From: Mobula hypostoma
Lineage: Eukaryota
NCBI RefSeq assembly: GCF_963921235.1
Contig: NC_086111.1
Coordinates: 18,538,001 to 18,602,000 of the forward strand
Direction: 5' to 3'
Length of the DNA stretch: 64,000 nucleotides
A program made the translations under genes and the position numbers. Positions 27,490-41,095 of the stretch are shown here, in pieces. Below the pieces are notes generated by a model, which worked only from the letters and a program-made list of their open reading frames with translations, did not search any database and was not told where the DNA came from. Every line of letters begins with the position of its first letter. The first letter of the stretch is position 1.

Positions 27490-27735
27490 GACCATAAGAC
27501 ATAAAAACAGAATTAGGCCATTCAGCCTATCAAGACGGTTCTGTCATTTGATCATGGCTGATATATTTTCCCTCTAAGCTTCCATAACCTTTGACACCCT
27601 TATTAATCAGGAACCTATTAAGTATAACCAATGCCTGCCTCCACAGCCTTCTGTGGCAATGAATTCCACAGATTAACAACCCTCTTGTCTCTGCACTAAA
27701 AGGACATCCTTCTATTCTGAGGCTATTCCCTCTGG
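27490..27735 (-). mobile_element. CR1 3' fragment
   Basis: accataagacata tail; ttctgtggcaatgaattccacaga. Confidence 0.75.
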
Positions 27736-28059
27736 AGCAGGTGTCCGTCTCCTACTCTGTGGAGCAGTGGAATTTCCTGCATCCTGCTACCTAACAATAT
27801 GCCTAACATTTGATCTTGGCGGTGCCTAAGACCTGGCATTGCAGATGTATTCCAAAGGCAGCTGTTAATGAGACAGCTCTCCTGCAGCAATTATTTTCGC
27901 ACACAGAATGGTGTGAGTTAGAATGTACCGACTGCAAAGGTGGTAGAGGCAGACTCGATATTAAATTTCAAATAAAGAATTGGGTAAGCATTTGAAAAAA
28001 AATAATTGCAACACAATGGCAAGTGTGCATTTCTGGTCACCTACGTACAGGAAAAATAC

Positions 28060-28515
28060 CAATAAGCCTGAAAGAGTACAGAGAATACTGACAAGGATGT
28101 TGCCAGGACTTGTGGACCTGAGTTACCGGGTCCACAAATAGGTTAGAACTGTATTCTCGGGGGGATAGGAGAATGAGGGGAGATTTGATAGAGGTATAGT
28201 TTAGGGTAAATGCAAGCCAGTTTCTGCACTGAGGTTGAGTGAGTCCAGAATCAGAGGTCATTGGTTAAGGGAGAATGGTAAATTATTTAAGAGGAACCTG
28301 AGGGGGAACATCTTCGCTCAGAGGGTGGTGAGAGTGTGGAACGAGCGGCCAGTGGAAGTGGTGGTTGCAGGTTTGATTTCAACATTTAAGAGAAGTTTGG
28401 ATAAGTACATGTTGGGAGGGATAGATTCTGGCTGTGGGTGGATGGGACTAGGCAGAATAATAGACTAGATGGACTGAAGGGCGTGTTTCTGCGCTGTAGT
28501 GCTCTGTGACTCTAT
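28060..28515 (+). mobile_element. CR1 3' fragment
   Basis: SRIRGHWLR..FAQRVVRVWNE..FKRSLDKYM; tail tgactctatg. Confidence 0.8.
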
Positions 28516-28764
28516 GTAAAATAGGACTAACTGGATAACTTGCATCAAAATGATAGAAACTTACTGGCTGCATGAATGCAGAGACAGTAGTTGGTCCCTT
28601 GCTGTGCCGGTGATACTGTGGTCATTGAGGTCTTGCAGGAGTGGTGGTGTAACTTCCTCAGAGCTGTCGTACTTTTTGCTGTAACTATCACTGTGAAGTG
28701 GATTTACTGATAAAGATGCACAAAGGTTCTTTAATGCAGCAGTCAAAGCATGAACCACCCCCCA

Positions 28765-29251
28765 TATCTAATAAAGTGGCCACTGAGTCTCCTGCTGCTG
28801 TAGACCATCCACTTAAAGGTTTGATGTGTTCAGAGATGTTCTACTGTACGCCACTGTTGTAACGTAGTAACCATTGTCCTCCTGTCAGCTTAAACCAGTC
28901 TGACCGTTCTCCTGTGATCCCTCTCATTAACAAGGCATTTTTGCCCACAGAACTGCGTGTCCCTGGATGTTTTTTGTTTTTCACAGCATTTTCTGTGAAG
29001 TCTGGAGACTGTTGTGTGAAAATCACAGGAAATCAGCAATTTCTGAGATACCCCATCTGACACCAACAACCATTGCATGGTCAAAGTCACTTAGATCATA
29101 TTTCTTCCCCATTCTGATGTTTGGTTGCAACAACAACTGAACCTCTTGACATGTTTGCATGTTTTTATGCATTGACTTGCTGCCACATGATTGGCTAGTT
29201 AGATATCTGCATTAACGAGGAGGGGTACCTGTTAAGGAGGCCACTGAATTG
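28765..29251 (-). mobile_element. Non-autonomous Tc1-like element, third copy, rearranged left end
   Basis: Body homologous to the other two copies; TIR-like sequences at 28765-28788 and 29225-29251. Confidence 0.8.
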
Positions 29252-29948
29252 TAAGTTTTATTCTCTTAAACAGTCTAAATAATCTCTTCTCCCCACCCCC
29301 AACCCCTCCAGTACTGACTGGTTGATACTGTAGACAGATTTGGCAGTGCATCGAGTCAGAAAAAGAATGATAGATTTATTCTCCTGGCATTGTGAGCCTG
29401 TGACTGATTACCTTACAGAATGTCTTTGCTGTGACCCTGACTAGCTGCTAATACCTTGTGTTCTGAACTGCATTCGTAGGACTAGTGATCTTTCTATGAT
29501 TTTAGCACATTTGGTAGCTTGCTCTTACATCCACCTTTGCATGTTTACTGGGGCCTGATATGGAATGGAGTAGAAATTGAACCGAGTTCTTATTGCAGGA
29601 CTGGGAACTCGGATTTAAAGCTACTTCAAGTGTAATATTTTAATTGTGTACATTTATAAAATAGGTGTTTAAGATGCCAATGAGATCTTTTTGTAGATAA
29701 ACAATTTGGTTTTCGTCATAATTGTTTTGTGACTTCTCTTGGTATTTGAAGATTTCCGTCTTTTTCTGATGTTAATGATATAAGTTGTCAACTACTTATG
29801 AGGTAGAACTTTTGCAAATGAAGGTGGGGCTGGGGGGAAAATAACTTGTAGAGGCAATTTGATTGTCAGTGAAAAGACTGAAAATTGTTAAAGGCATTGT
29901 CACTGTTTTAGTATCTTCATATAGATACTAAACCCTGAGGATCTAAGC

Positions 29949-29999
29949 CAAGGGTTCCCAACCTTTTTTATGCCATGGACCCCAGGTTGGAAACCCCTA
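29949..29999. mobile_element. 51-bp hAT/Charlie-type mini-MITE
   Basis: caagggttcccaacct..aggttggaaaccccta inverted ends; 8-bp flanks atctaagc / ctttaaac, both NNNTANNN. Confidence 0.7.
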
Positions 30000-30149
30000 C
30001 TTTAAACCCTCTGGTCCAATGTCTTACCAGCATTACAGAATGGAATAGTTCACATTTCCTTGAACTAAATAAGGAAAAAAAAACAGAAGTTTTGGTTTAA
30101 AAAAAAAACCAGTATGAATCTGAGAAATAAACTTGATCATCAGGCTTTG

Positions 30150-30726
30150 CAAATCAAGCCAGACGTATATCACATATTAATCTTGATATTAAGACCGCGT
30201 TCTTTCATTTAAGGAACATTGCGAGAGTTTGATTTCTGATAGCTTCTCAAGATGCAGAAGAATTAATACACGCTTTTGCTTTTAGCTGATTAGACTACTG
30301 TAATGCATTCTATACAAGTCTGCCTAAGAAAGATATAAATCAGCTGCAGCTTGTTCAAAATACAGCAGCAAGAATCTTAACCAACAAAAGAAAATATGAG
30401 CACATTGCACAGATTCTGGCATCAGTACACTGTCTGTCTGTGTCCTTTGGGATCAATTTTAAAATACTCTTAATTGTATCTAAGGCTCTGAATAATCTAG
30501 ATCCTGTATATATTTTGGAGTGTCTATCCCCTTACATCCCTAATCGTAATTTTAGATCCATGACTACTGTTTTGCTCATATTCCAAGAGTCAAGCATACA
30601 AGAACTGGTGATGTGGGTTTTTGCTCTTAGGCACCAAAAATCTGGAAAAATCGACTGAATTATTCCAGGCTGATACTATAGAAAGTTTCAAAACACTTCT
30701 AAAAACCTGCTTTTTCAAATGTGGCC
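30150..30726 (+). mobile_element. L2-clade LINE 3' fragment
   Basis: AFFHLRNIARV..LIHAFAFS*LDYCNA..LQLVQNTAARILT..INFKILLIVSKAL. Confidence 0.85.
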
Positions 30727-30939
30727 TATTTATGCCCATTGATATTGATTATATTTATATTAATTTGGTATAGTTGATTACATTTTATTCTATATAATAT
30801 TTGTCTTGTATTTTTATGGATATATTGGTTTATCTTTAGAATCTGTGTAAAGTACTTCCAGCTTGCAACTTTATTTATGTAGCAACTTTCATACATTAAG
30901 TTGCTGCTGCTGTTGTTATTTACAGAATCTGATAATACC

Positions 30940-31125
30940 CATACCCAGCAGCCCACCTATTTAATTCTTTCCTAATGACAGGACAATTCACAATGACCAA
31001 TTAGCCTTTCATTTGGTACGTCTTTGGACTGTGGGAGGAGAGTGAAGCACCCGGAGAAAGCCCCATGCAGATCACAGGGAGAGCCTCCGGCCTCCTTACA
31101 GATGCTGCCAGAATTGTACTCTGAG
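30940..31125 (-). mobile_element. V-SINE-like fragment
   Basis: ggtacgtctttggactgtgggagg..gcacccggagaaa..ccttacaga, the reverse complement of the V-domain core. Confidence 0.65.
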
Positions 31126-31584
31126 CTCTTTGTGTCTGTGCTGACCAAGTGCCCATTTATACTGATCCCATTTAGCGACAGTTGGTTTGGTGCCCCGGCA
31201 AGTCAAGCACTTGTAGAGATTGTTCTTGAAAGTTGTAGGAGTTCCCTCCTCGCAGAGTATGTTGCAGGTTGCAACCACCCTCTGGGTGCAAGTCCAATGA
31301 TACTGCAACCCCCAAATCTCTTAGCAAGTTGTGGGGGGGGGGTTGGTGTTGAGTAGCACGAGAAATGTAAATGTCTTGCCATAATTGTCCTGGCTGTGGA
31401 ATGACGTGGATTAAACCAGTTAATAAGTTCAGGTGTGTGGATGAGAAATTGACAGATAAAATATGAAAACACTAATTACTATTTCAATGGAACACAATTA
31501 CAAATGTTGAATTAGTAAGGGATCTGAGGATGCTTGTGCATGAAGCACATGTTGGTACAACGCAACTGGAGAGTTAACCAATGT

Positions 31585-32675
31585 CTTAGGGAGTATGGAA
31601 CATATCTACAGATGTACCAAGGAGAGTATTCTCACTGATTGCAACACCGTCTGGTATGGAGAGGCCACTGCAGAATTGGAAAAATACGCAGAGGGTTGTA
31701 AACTGAGCCAGATCCATCATGGACTCAAGCTTCCACGACATTGAGGGCATCTTCAAAAGACAATGCCTCAAAAAGGCAACATGCATCATTAAGGATCCCA
31801 CTATGCAGGACATGTCCTTTTATTACTACTATTATAGAGGAGGTATCGGAGCCTGAAGACACACACTCAATGTTTTAAGAACAGTTTTTTCCCTTCCACC
31901 ATCAAATTTCTAAATGGACAATCAACTCATGAACTGTATCTCATTATATTTTCTCTTTTTGCACTTATTTTTAAAAATATATATGTAACGCCCTGGTTCA
32001 CTTTTTTACTGTTGTGCTGTAGGTATTTCATTTAGCAGTGCTGTTCTGCTTTCAGCCTGTTTGGGTTATTGTTGAAGATAATGGGATGATGGATGTGTGC
32101 CATCCAATTAGGATGGTGGAACTGAAGGGAGGTTTTTGGTGAGGGACACTAAGGGCCTTTTGTTCGGCGGGAGATGAAGAGCGAAGACGCTGAAGAGAAC
32201 CAGTCATAGCATTCGACCCAGAGTGGGACCGTGATTCAATGGTGCCAAGATCGACTGAGGATCGTTGACTATCGGTGAAGTGTTGAGCTCCAACTTGTGC
32301 ACATTTGACTGTTTAATTAAAGTGGGCCCTTTTTGCTTTTTTTGTAACTAACTTTTTAGTTAAGGTTCTTAAATATAATCCCTTTAATCATATATAATCA
32401 TATTGTCTGTTATTTTGTGGTACTAATTTGTCACAGGGTAGCAAATTACACAACGCCCACACAAACCGGGGTTGGGGTCGGAGAGCGGTCTCAATCTCAC
32501 GGGTTAGCAGGACCGGAGGGCGTCTTCCCGAGACTTACGCAGCCAAGGAAACCGGGGGGCGGGGGGCTTCATATTATAATTTATAGTGTATTTTATATAT
32601 TGTGTTGTACCGCTGTCACAAAACAAACACAATACATGACATATGTCGGTGATAATAAACCTGATTCTGATTCTA
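31585..32675 (+). mobile_element. Rex/Babar-type LINE 3' fragment interrupted by a solo LTR
   Basis: tctacagatgtacc..gagagtattct..aacagtttttt..ccatca; tail gataataaacctgattctgattct. Confidence 0.75.
31984..32571. mobile_element. Probable solo LTR (~590 bp)
   Basis: TGTAAC..TTCA termini inserted in an AT-rich LINE tail that resumes afterwards; flanks tata / tatt. Confidence 0.5.
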
Positions 32676-32974
32676 AAACAAGGAAGATTCCTCTCCATAG
32701 ATGCTGCCTGATTCACTGAGTTCCTCCAACATTCTTGTGTGTTGCTGAGGAGGTCCTGATGCAACTTTACAGCATGGAGTATCAAGTTCAGCTTTCTTCT
32801 TTATATGTTTTTGTGTCGTAGGCAGTGCAAATAATCTCTACTAAGTTGCTTCCTGGGATGAAGGGTTGATATGCGCAATCTGATTCAGCAGTGTTTGGAG
32901 TTGAGAGAAGTGAACGGTAATCTTATCAAAGCATTTAACATTCTGAAGGGGTACAGAAATGGTGACTGCTGGAT

Positions 32975-35703
32975 GGTTTACATCTGGCGGGACAGTCTAC
33001 ATCTGAACTGGAGGGGGACAAATATTCTTGCAGGTAGGTTTCCTAGAGAGGCTCCGGTTGATTTAAACTAGATACTGGGGGGAGGGGAAACAGAGTGTAG
33101 GAACAGATGAAGGGAAGAAGGAAGAATAAGAAAATAGTAAAATTGTTTGCACCGTTAGTGATAAACAGAGAGTAAGAGGTGGAAAATTTCTTAAATGCAT
33201 TTATTTTAATGCTGGGAGCATTATAAGAAAGGTGGATGAGCTTAAAGCATGGACTGATACCTGGAAGTATGATGTAGCTATTAGTGAAACATGGTTACAG
33301 GAGGGGTGTGATTGGCAACTAAATACTCCTGGATTTAACTGCTTCAGGTGTGATAGAATTCGGAGGGACAAGAGGGGGAGGTGTTGCATTGCTTGTCAGA
33401 GAAAATATTACAGCGGTGCTCTGGCAGGATAGATTAGAGGGCTTGTCTAGGGAGGCTATTTGAGTGGAATTGAGGAATGGGAAAGGTGTAGTAACTTTTA
33501 TGGGGGTGTATTATAGACCACCAAATGGGAAGCGAGAATTGGAGGAGCAAATTTGTAAGGAGATAGCAGATATTTGTAGTAAGCACAAGGTTGTGATTGT
33601 GGAAGATTTTAATTTTCCACACATAGACTAGGAAGCCCATACTGTAAAAGGGTTGGATGGTTTGGAGTTTGTAAAATGTGTGCAGGATAGTTTTTTTGCA
33701 GCAATACATAGAAGTACCAACTAGAGAAGGAGCAGTGTTGGATCCCCTGTTAGGGAATGAGATAGGTCAGGTGATGGAGGTTTGTGTTGGGGAGCACTTC
33801 GGGTCCAGTGATCACAATGCTATTAGTTTCAATATGATTATGGAGAAGGATAGGTCTGGACCCAGGGTTGAGATTTTTGATTGGAGAAAGGCTAATTTTA
33901 AGGAGATGCGAAAGGATTTAGAAGGAGTGGATTGGGACAATTTGTTTTATGGGAAGAATGTAATAGAGAAATGGAGGTCATTTAAAGGTGAAATTTTGAG
34001 GGTACAGAATCTTTGTTCCTGTTAGGTTGAAAGGAAAGGTTAAAAATTTGAGAGAGCCATGGTTTTCAAGGGATTTTGGAAACTTGGTTTGGAAAAAGAG
34101 AGATATCTACAATAAATATAGGCAGCATGGAGTAAATGAGGTGCTCGAGGAATATAAAGAATGTAAAAAGAATCTTAAGAAAGAAATTAGAAAAGCTAAA
34201 AGGAGATATGAGGTTGCTTTGGCAAGTAAGGTGAAAATAAATCCCAAGGGTTTCTACTGTTATATTAATAGCAAAAGGATACTGAGGGATAAAATTGGTC
34301 CCTTAGAGAATCAGAGTGGACAGCTATGTGTGGAGCCAAAAGAGATGGTGGAGATTCTGAACAATTTCTTTTCTTCAGTATTCACTAAGGAGAAGGATAT
34401 TGAATTGTGTAAGATAAGGGAAACAGGTAGGGAAGTTATAGAAACTATGTTGATTAAAGAAGAGGAAGCCCTGGCACTTTTAAGGAATATAAAAGTGGAT
34501 AAGTCTCCAGGTCCTGACAGGATATTCCCTGCACCTTAAGGGAAGTTAGTGTGGAAATAGCAGGGGCTCTGACAGAAATATTTCAAATGTCATTAGAAAT
34601 GGGGGTGGTGCCGGAGGATTGGCGTTTTGCTCATGTTGTTCCATTGTTTAAAAAGGGTTCTAAGACTAAACCTAGCAATTATTGGCCTGTGAGTTTGACG
34701 TCAGTGGTGGGTAAATCGATGGAAAGTATTCTTAGAGATGGTATATATAATTATCTGGATAGACAGGGTCTGATTAGGAACAGTCAACAGGGATTTGTGC
34801 GTGGAAGGTCATGTTTGACAAATCTTATTGAATTTTTTGAAGAGGTTACTAGGAAAGTTGACGAGGGTAAGGCGGTGGATGTTGACTATGTAGACTTCAG
34901 TAAGGCCTTTGACAAGGTGCCACACGGAAGGTTAGTTTGGAAGGTTCAATCGTTAGGTATTAATATTGAAGTAGTAAAATGGATTCAGCAGTGGCTGGAT
35001 GGGAGATGCCAGAGAGTAGTGGTGGATAACTGTTTGTCAGATTGGAGGCTGGTGACTAGTTGTGTGTTTTTGGTATGCTGGGCTTTATAAATCAGAGCAT
35101 TGAGTATAGGAGTTGGGATGTAATGTTGAAATTGTACAAGGCATTGGTGAGGCCAAATTTGGAGTATTGTGTACAGTTTTGGTCACCAAATTATAAGAAA
35201 GATGTCAACAAAATAGAGAGAGTACAGAGGAGATTTACTAAAATGTTACCTGGGTTTCATCTCCTAAGTTACAGAGAAAGGTTGAACAGGTTGGGTCTTT
35301 ATTCTTCGGAACATAGAAGGTTGAGGGGGGACTTGATAGAGGTATTTAAAATTATGAGGGGGATGGATAGAGTTGACGTGGATAGGCTTTTTCCATTGAG
35401 AGTGGGGGAAGATTCAAACAAGAGCACATGAGTTGAGAGTTAAAGGGCAAAAGTTTAGGGGTAACGTGAAGGGGAACTTCTTTACTCAGAGAGTGGTAAT
35501 TGTGTGGAACAAGCTTCCAGTAGAACTGGTTGAGGCTGGTTCGATGTTGTTTAAAGTTAAATTGGACAGCTATATGGACAGGAAAGGAATAGAGGTTTTT
35601 GGGCTGAGTGCAGGTCGGTGGGACTAGGTGAGAGTAAGCGTTCGGCACGGACTAGAAGGGCCGAGATGGCCTGTTTCCGTGCTGTAATTGTTATATGGTT
35701 ATA
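32975..35703 (+). mobile_element. Large CR1 LINE remnant: ORF1 C-terminus, APE endonuclease and RT, with internal deletion
   Basis: ORF1 end RDSLHLNWRGTNILAGRF; APE motifs YDVAISETWL, GVYYRPP, SSDHNAI; [29 protein letters not shown]; jump at ~35065 from LVTSCV to GMLGFI deletes the PQG/FADD core; ttatatggttata tail; sits inside an older CR1 scrap. Confidence 0.93.
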
Positions 35704-35959
35704 AAATGTTTCTGCAAGAACTAGGGGCATTGATTCAGAATAAAGGGCCACTCATTTAAAGTGGAAATAGGGAAGCTCTGCTGTCAGAGTAGTAAAAGTT
35801 TGGAATTTTCTAAGAGTCAATGAAGATACTGAGAGTCTGGACAACAAGGAAGCAAAAGGGGTGGGGAACAATGCTTTGAATCCAAGTTCAGCTCAGTCAT
35901 GATCGTACTGAATGGCAAATCAGGTTTGAAGGGCTAAACCCTGTGTCCTGAGCAAGTCA

Positions 35960-36312
35960 GGTTTGTTTGCACTTGGTCTATATCCTTCTCAAATTTTTCT
36001 TCTGTATACCTGTCTTTTTAAGGTGATTATACTTGCTTTCACCACGTCCCCTGGAAGCAGGGCCCATACAACCCCACTCTGTGGAAAAACCTATTCCTCA
36101 GGTCATGTTTAATTTTTTTCCCCTCTCACCAAAATTCTAAGCCCCCCAGTTTTAGATTTCCCCACAATGAGAAAAGGACTTTGTCTATTGATCTTTTCTA
36201 TGCCCCTCATAATTTTATAAACCTCAGTGATATCCCCCTTCAGCTTCCTTTACTCCAGGGAAAACAGTCCCCTGTCTATCCAGTTTCTCCTTATAACTCG
36301 TGCCTTCAAGTC
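35960..36312 (-). mobile_element. Degraded CR1 3' fragment
   Basis: ccactctgtggaaaaacctattcctcagg..tgcccctcataattttataaacctc. Confidence 0.6.
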
Positions 36313-37509
36313 TCAGCACCAGTGATTTGCGACTGGGAGCAACAAACAACCTGCTTGCCAGAAAAACTCAGTAGGTCTGGCAGCACCTGTGGGAGGAAAG
36401 GCATTGTCGATGCTTTGGGTTGAGAGTGAAGAATGAGATGGCCAGCAGAAAGGGCAGTGGCGAGCAAGGATTCTGGGGCAATTGCTGGGCTGAGCAGGGG
36501 GGTAGGATGTCAGGCAGGTCGCGTCAGAAGGGAAGTGAGCGGATGGGGGGGGTGAAGTTGGAAGATGGGCAGGTGAGTGATAGATGGAGGCAGATGAAGA
36601 AAGAGAAAAATTCTTTATTCTTTTCAACAGCAGCAAAGTCAATTTCATTTCTTCTCGTAGCATTTTAAGAATGAAGGAGGGGCGTTAGAGTAGTGTCTTC
36701 GTTAAAAGTAACACATCAGACAAGTGAAGGGTTTAAGTAGATACATACTGAATGCTCGCGATAAGGGATCCACCGTTCTATGTGCCATCAAAAGGGAGCT
36801 TGAAAGAAGAATTATGTAAACAAATTCATGTCCAAGCAGCAGACATGGTAAATTTCAACTATTCCCAAGCAAATTGGAAGAGTCGTGAAGAGAGGACGAC
36901 AATGAATCGGAATCAGATTTCATAGAGGCACGAGTACACGTAAGAGTGCTAGAAGATGATGCCTGAGAGGTAGTAATGGGGACAAGAAAATGGCAGATGA
37001 ACTGAGTAAGTATTTTGCGTCAGTCTTCACTGTGGAAGATGCCAGCAGTATGCCAGAAATTTGAGTGGGTCAGAGGGCAGAAGTGAGAGTAATGGCTATT
37101 ACTATGGAAAAGGTGCTTGGGAAGCTTAAAGGGTCTGAGGGTAGATAAGTCACCTGGACCACTATACCCCAGTGTTCTGAAAGAAGGAATTGTGGAGGCA
37201 TTAGTAGTGATCCTTCAAGAATCATTAGATTCTGGAATGGTTATGGAGCACTGGAAAACTCCACTCTTTAAGAAGAGGAGTTATCATGACTTCAATGTCA
37301 GATGAGATTTCTGGGTGATTAGAGGCACATGATAAAACAGGTGGAAGTCTGCTTGGTTTCCTTAAGGGGAAATCTTGCCTAGTAACTCTGCTGGAATTCT
37401 TTGAGGAAATAACAGGCAGGATAGACAAATGAGAGTCAGTGGGTGGTGTTTACTTGGATTTCAGCAGGGCTTTGACAAGATGCCACACATGAGGCTGCTT
37501 AACAAGATC

Positions 37510-38382
37510 AGATCGACTTTCAAGGATCAGCTTTATTGGGCATATACATTTGCATGGATTAGGAACTTGCTGTGGTGTGTTGGTCAGAGCGCGACATGCA
37601 GCAAAAAAATCAACATTCAACAATTATACAGAATTATCTAAAAATACACATATGGAATAAAATGTACATAAATGCCTGCATGTATTTACAGTGTAAACAG
37701 CATTTATTTACCAGCATTATAAAATATGATTTATAGTGCAGTAGGAGTAATAGATAGAGGGGGTGGAGGCAGCAGTCTAAAATGGTTGATCAGATTAACT
37801 GCATGAGGGAAGAAATCTTTAAGATGCGTGCGGTTTTTGTTTCAATAGCCCTATAGGACATTTGGAGAAGGCGCTTTGCTGGGTTGGTAGAGGCTGCAAT
37901 GATTTTTCCTGCCTGCTTCATTGTCCTGGACACGTACGAGTTCTGCAGTAATGCAGCCAATGACTTTTTCCCCTGCACACCTGACAGTTCGCCGTAGTTG
38001 CTATATATTGTGGGGTGGGGGGGGGGCATGTGGAAGGATGCTGCACCAAACCAGACAGTAATGGCTGATGTAAGATGTTCTCTATGATGGCAGTGTAGAA
38101 TTACATCAGTACATTCTGGGGTAGATGTAATTTAATCAGCTGCTGCAAGGAGTACACCCTCTTCCGAGCCTTTTTGTTAATGAAGAGGATGTAGTTCCCT
38201 CACATCAGGTCTGGTGAAATAATGATACCCAGGAACCTGAGTAATGAAACAGGGCTAACTGTTGATGATGAGTAGGTGGAAAGGAGACAAATTTCTCCTG
38301 TACGTTTTCACGGTATTGAGGGAATTCAGCTCCAAGTTGTGATTGTACCAGGACACTGGCTTGTTTACGTCCTGGTGATAGT
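37510..38382 (-). mobile_element. Rex/Babar-type LINE 3' fragment nested in CR1
   Basis: Minus strand ..SYVSRTMKQAGKIIAASTNPA..YRAIETKTAR..; homologous to 48780-49435 and 51480-52050. Confidence 0.7.
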
Positions 38383-38418
38383 AAGATCCCATTGTTTTAT
38401 AGAAAAGAGATTGGCATG

Positions 38419-38820
38419 TGTTGTTGCGTGAACAAAATCACCAGAGAGAGTGTTACTGGTAGATACAAAGCAGCTTCTTTATTCGACGAAACAGGATATA
38501 GCAGGCATCATACGGAGACATTTTTGGTCGAAAGGTCTCCTGGCCCAATGTGGGGCTCGATATTTATTTGCTTATCACAAAGGACAATTCCATATTTTCA
38601 AGGTATAGACAATGCTTTCTTTTGGAGCTACATACAAACTTCACACCTTCTGGTTCACATACATCCCACAGACACCAGCAGCGACTGGACTGGTATTCAC
38701 AGCTTTTAAGAAATGCATTGTCACAAACTCAATCCACAGTATATTATCAAGGATCAGAAGACTGGTGGCCAAAGCCATTTGCTAAATGTAAATGACCTAA
38801 ACCCAAAAATCACTCTAACA
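38419..38820 (-). mobile_element. Solo LTR (402 bp) with perfect 5-bp TSD
   Basis: TGTT..AACA termini; GCATG duplicated at 38414-38418 and 38821-38825; minus-strand AATAAA near 38480; host CR1 resumes after the TSD. Confidence 0.85.
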
Positions 38821-39725
38821 GCATGGACAGAATATAGGCAGAAGACAGAGTGGGCATAAAGGGGCCTTATCTGTTCGTGATCTGGATAACGGAATTGATG
38901 GCTTAGTGCCCACGTTTACGGAGGATAAGAAGATAGGTGAAGAGGCAGGTAGTGTTGTGGAAGCAGGGAGTTAATAGAAGAACTTGGACGGATAAGGAGA
39001 ATGGGCAGAGAAGTGGTAGGTGGAATACAGTGTAGGGAAGTGTATGGTCATGCACTTTGGTAGAAGAAATGAGGCACAGACTACTTTCTAAACAGGGATC
39101 AATTTCAGAAATTGGAAGTGCAAAGGGACTTATGAGTCCTAGGGCAGGATTCCCTAAAGGTTAACTTGGAGGTTGGGTCAGTACTAAGGAAGGCAAATGT
39201 GATGTTAGCATTCATTTCAAGAGGACTAAAATATAAAAAGCAAGGATATAATACTGAGGCACTGGTCAGACAACATTTTGAGTATTGTGAGCAGTTTTGG
39301 TCCCCATATCCAAAACAAGAATGTACTGGCATTGAAGATAGTCCAGAGGAGACTTTTGAGAATGATCCCAGGAATGAAAGGGCTAATATATGAGGAGCAT
39401 TTGATGGTTCAGGACCTGTACTCATTGGAGTTTAGAAAAATTGGGGGGAGGGGGATGTGAGGGTGGTCTCATCGAAATCTACCAACTATTGAAAGACCCA
39501 GATAGAGTGGATGTGGATATGAATATGATGTTTCCAATACCAGGTGAATCTAAGACCAAAGTGCACAGCTTCAGAATAGAAGGACATCCCTTTAGAGGAT
39601 TTTTTTTTAGTCAGAGGGTGATGAATCTGGAATTCATTGCCACAGATAGCTATGGAGGCAAAGTCATTGGCTAGAATTAAAGCGGAGGTTGATACGTTCT
39701 TGATTAGTCAGGATGTCAAAGGTTA

Positions 39726-39972
39726 ACAGACAGACAGACATACTTCATTGATCCCGAGGGAAATTGAGTTTTGTTACAGCTGCATCAACCAAGAATAGAG
39801 CATAAATATAGCAATACAAAAACTACAAACGATCAAACAACAATATGCAAACTATGCCAGATGGAAATAAGTCCAGGACCAGCCTATTGGCTCAGGGTGT
39901 CTGACCCTCCACGGGAGGAGCTGCAAAGTTCGATGGCCACAGGCAGGAACAACCTCCCATGACGCCCAGTTC
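39726..39972 (-). mobile_element. Rex/Babar-type LINE extreme 3' end with (CAGA)n tail, nested in CR1
   Basis: acagacagacagacatacttcattgatcccgaggg..gatggccacaggcaggaac. Confidence 0.65.
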
Positions 39973-40390
39973 TCTAAGGGGAAAAGGAAGGCGAATGGGG
40001 TTGAGAAGGTAAAATCGATTGGTATAGCAGACTTGATGGGCCAGATGGCATAATCCTGCGCTTGTATCTTATGATCTTATTATAAATAGAGCTGTTTTCT
40101 CTAAAGTGTTGCAGAGGAATTGCTGCTAGATTTTGAGAAGATAATGAACCAGAACAGCTAAGATAAGGAAGAACAGAAAGTGGTGATTGCAAGTTGCTAT
40201 AACCATTCATAAACAACATCTTGATTTCAGTGAATGGCAACACCAGCTGAAGGCACTGCTGCCGTTCCTGTGATGTGAGTAATGCTGATGTTATCCATCA
40301 GAAATTGCCACAATGAAAAAGATGCCAGGAGATGTAAGTAGGCATTAGAAAATGTTGACTGGCCAGAAGTAGAAAGTGAACTTTTAATAC

Positions 40391-41095
40391 ATCAGAGTCA
40401 GATTATTGTCACTGATATATGACATTGCACTCAGAGTACCGTGTAAACCCATAAGAATCTATAAATTACAGAAACGTGTAGTACCAAAAAAAAAGAGGAA
40501 TACCGCGATGGTGTCCATGGATTTGTGGGGCAATTTGATGTCTGATGATGGAGGGGACAAAGCTGTTGTTAAATCTTTGAGTGTGAGTCCTCAGGCTCCT
40601 GTTCCACTTCCCCAATATTAATACTGAGAAGAGGGCATGTCTTGGATGGCGAAGGTCCTTAGTGATCGATGTCACTTTATTGAGGCACCGCCTCTTGAAG
40701 ACGTCCTTGAGGATGGGAAGGGTTGTGCTTGTGGTGGAAGTGGCTAGGTCTACAACCCTCTGCAGTCTCTTGTGATCCTGTGTATTGGAACCTCCATCCC
40801 CATCTGTGATGTATTCAGTGAGATGTTTTCCACCATATACCTATATTAATTTATAAGCTGACACACCAAATCTCAAACTCCTAATCAAGTAAAGCCATTG
40901 ACATGCCTTCTTCAATATGTTGGGCTGGGGATAGATCCTCTGATGTGATGATGTCCACGAACTTGAAACTGCTCGCCCTTTCCACTGCTGATCCCTCGAT
41001 GAGGACCGGTATGTGTTCTCCCAATTTCCCCTTCGTGAAATCCACAATCGGTTCTTTTGTCTTTTTGATGTCAAATGTGAAGTTATTGTTGGATG
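40391..41095 (-). mobile_element. Rex/Babar-type LINE 3' fragment
   Basis: ITKDLRHPRHALFS..RSLRTHTQRFNNSFVPSIIR; KKACQWLYLIRSLRFG. Confidence 0.8.

Larger units (their letters stand above)
36960..40080 (+). mobile_element. Fragmented CR1 ORF2 remnant hosting three nested insertions
   Basis: LKGLRVDKSPGP, FDKMPHMRLLNKI, KANVMLAFISRGLKYK, FFSQRVMNL; reads continuously across inserts at ~37510-38382, 38419-38820 and 39726-39972. Confidence 0.82.
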
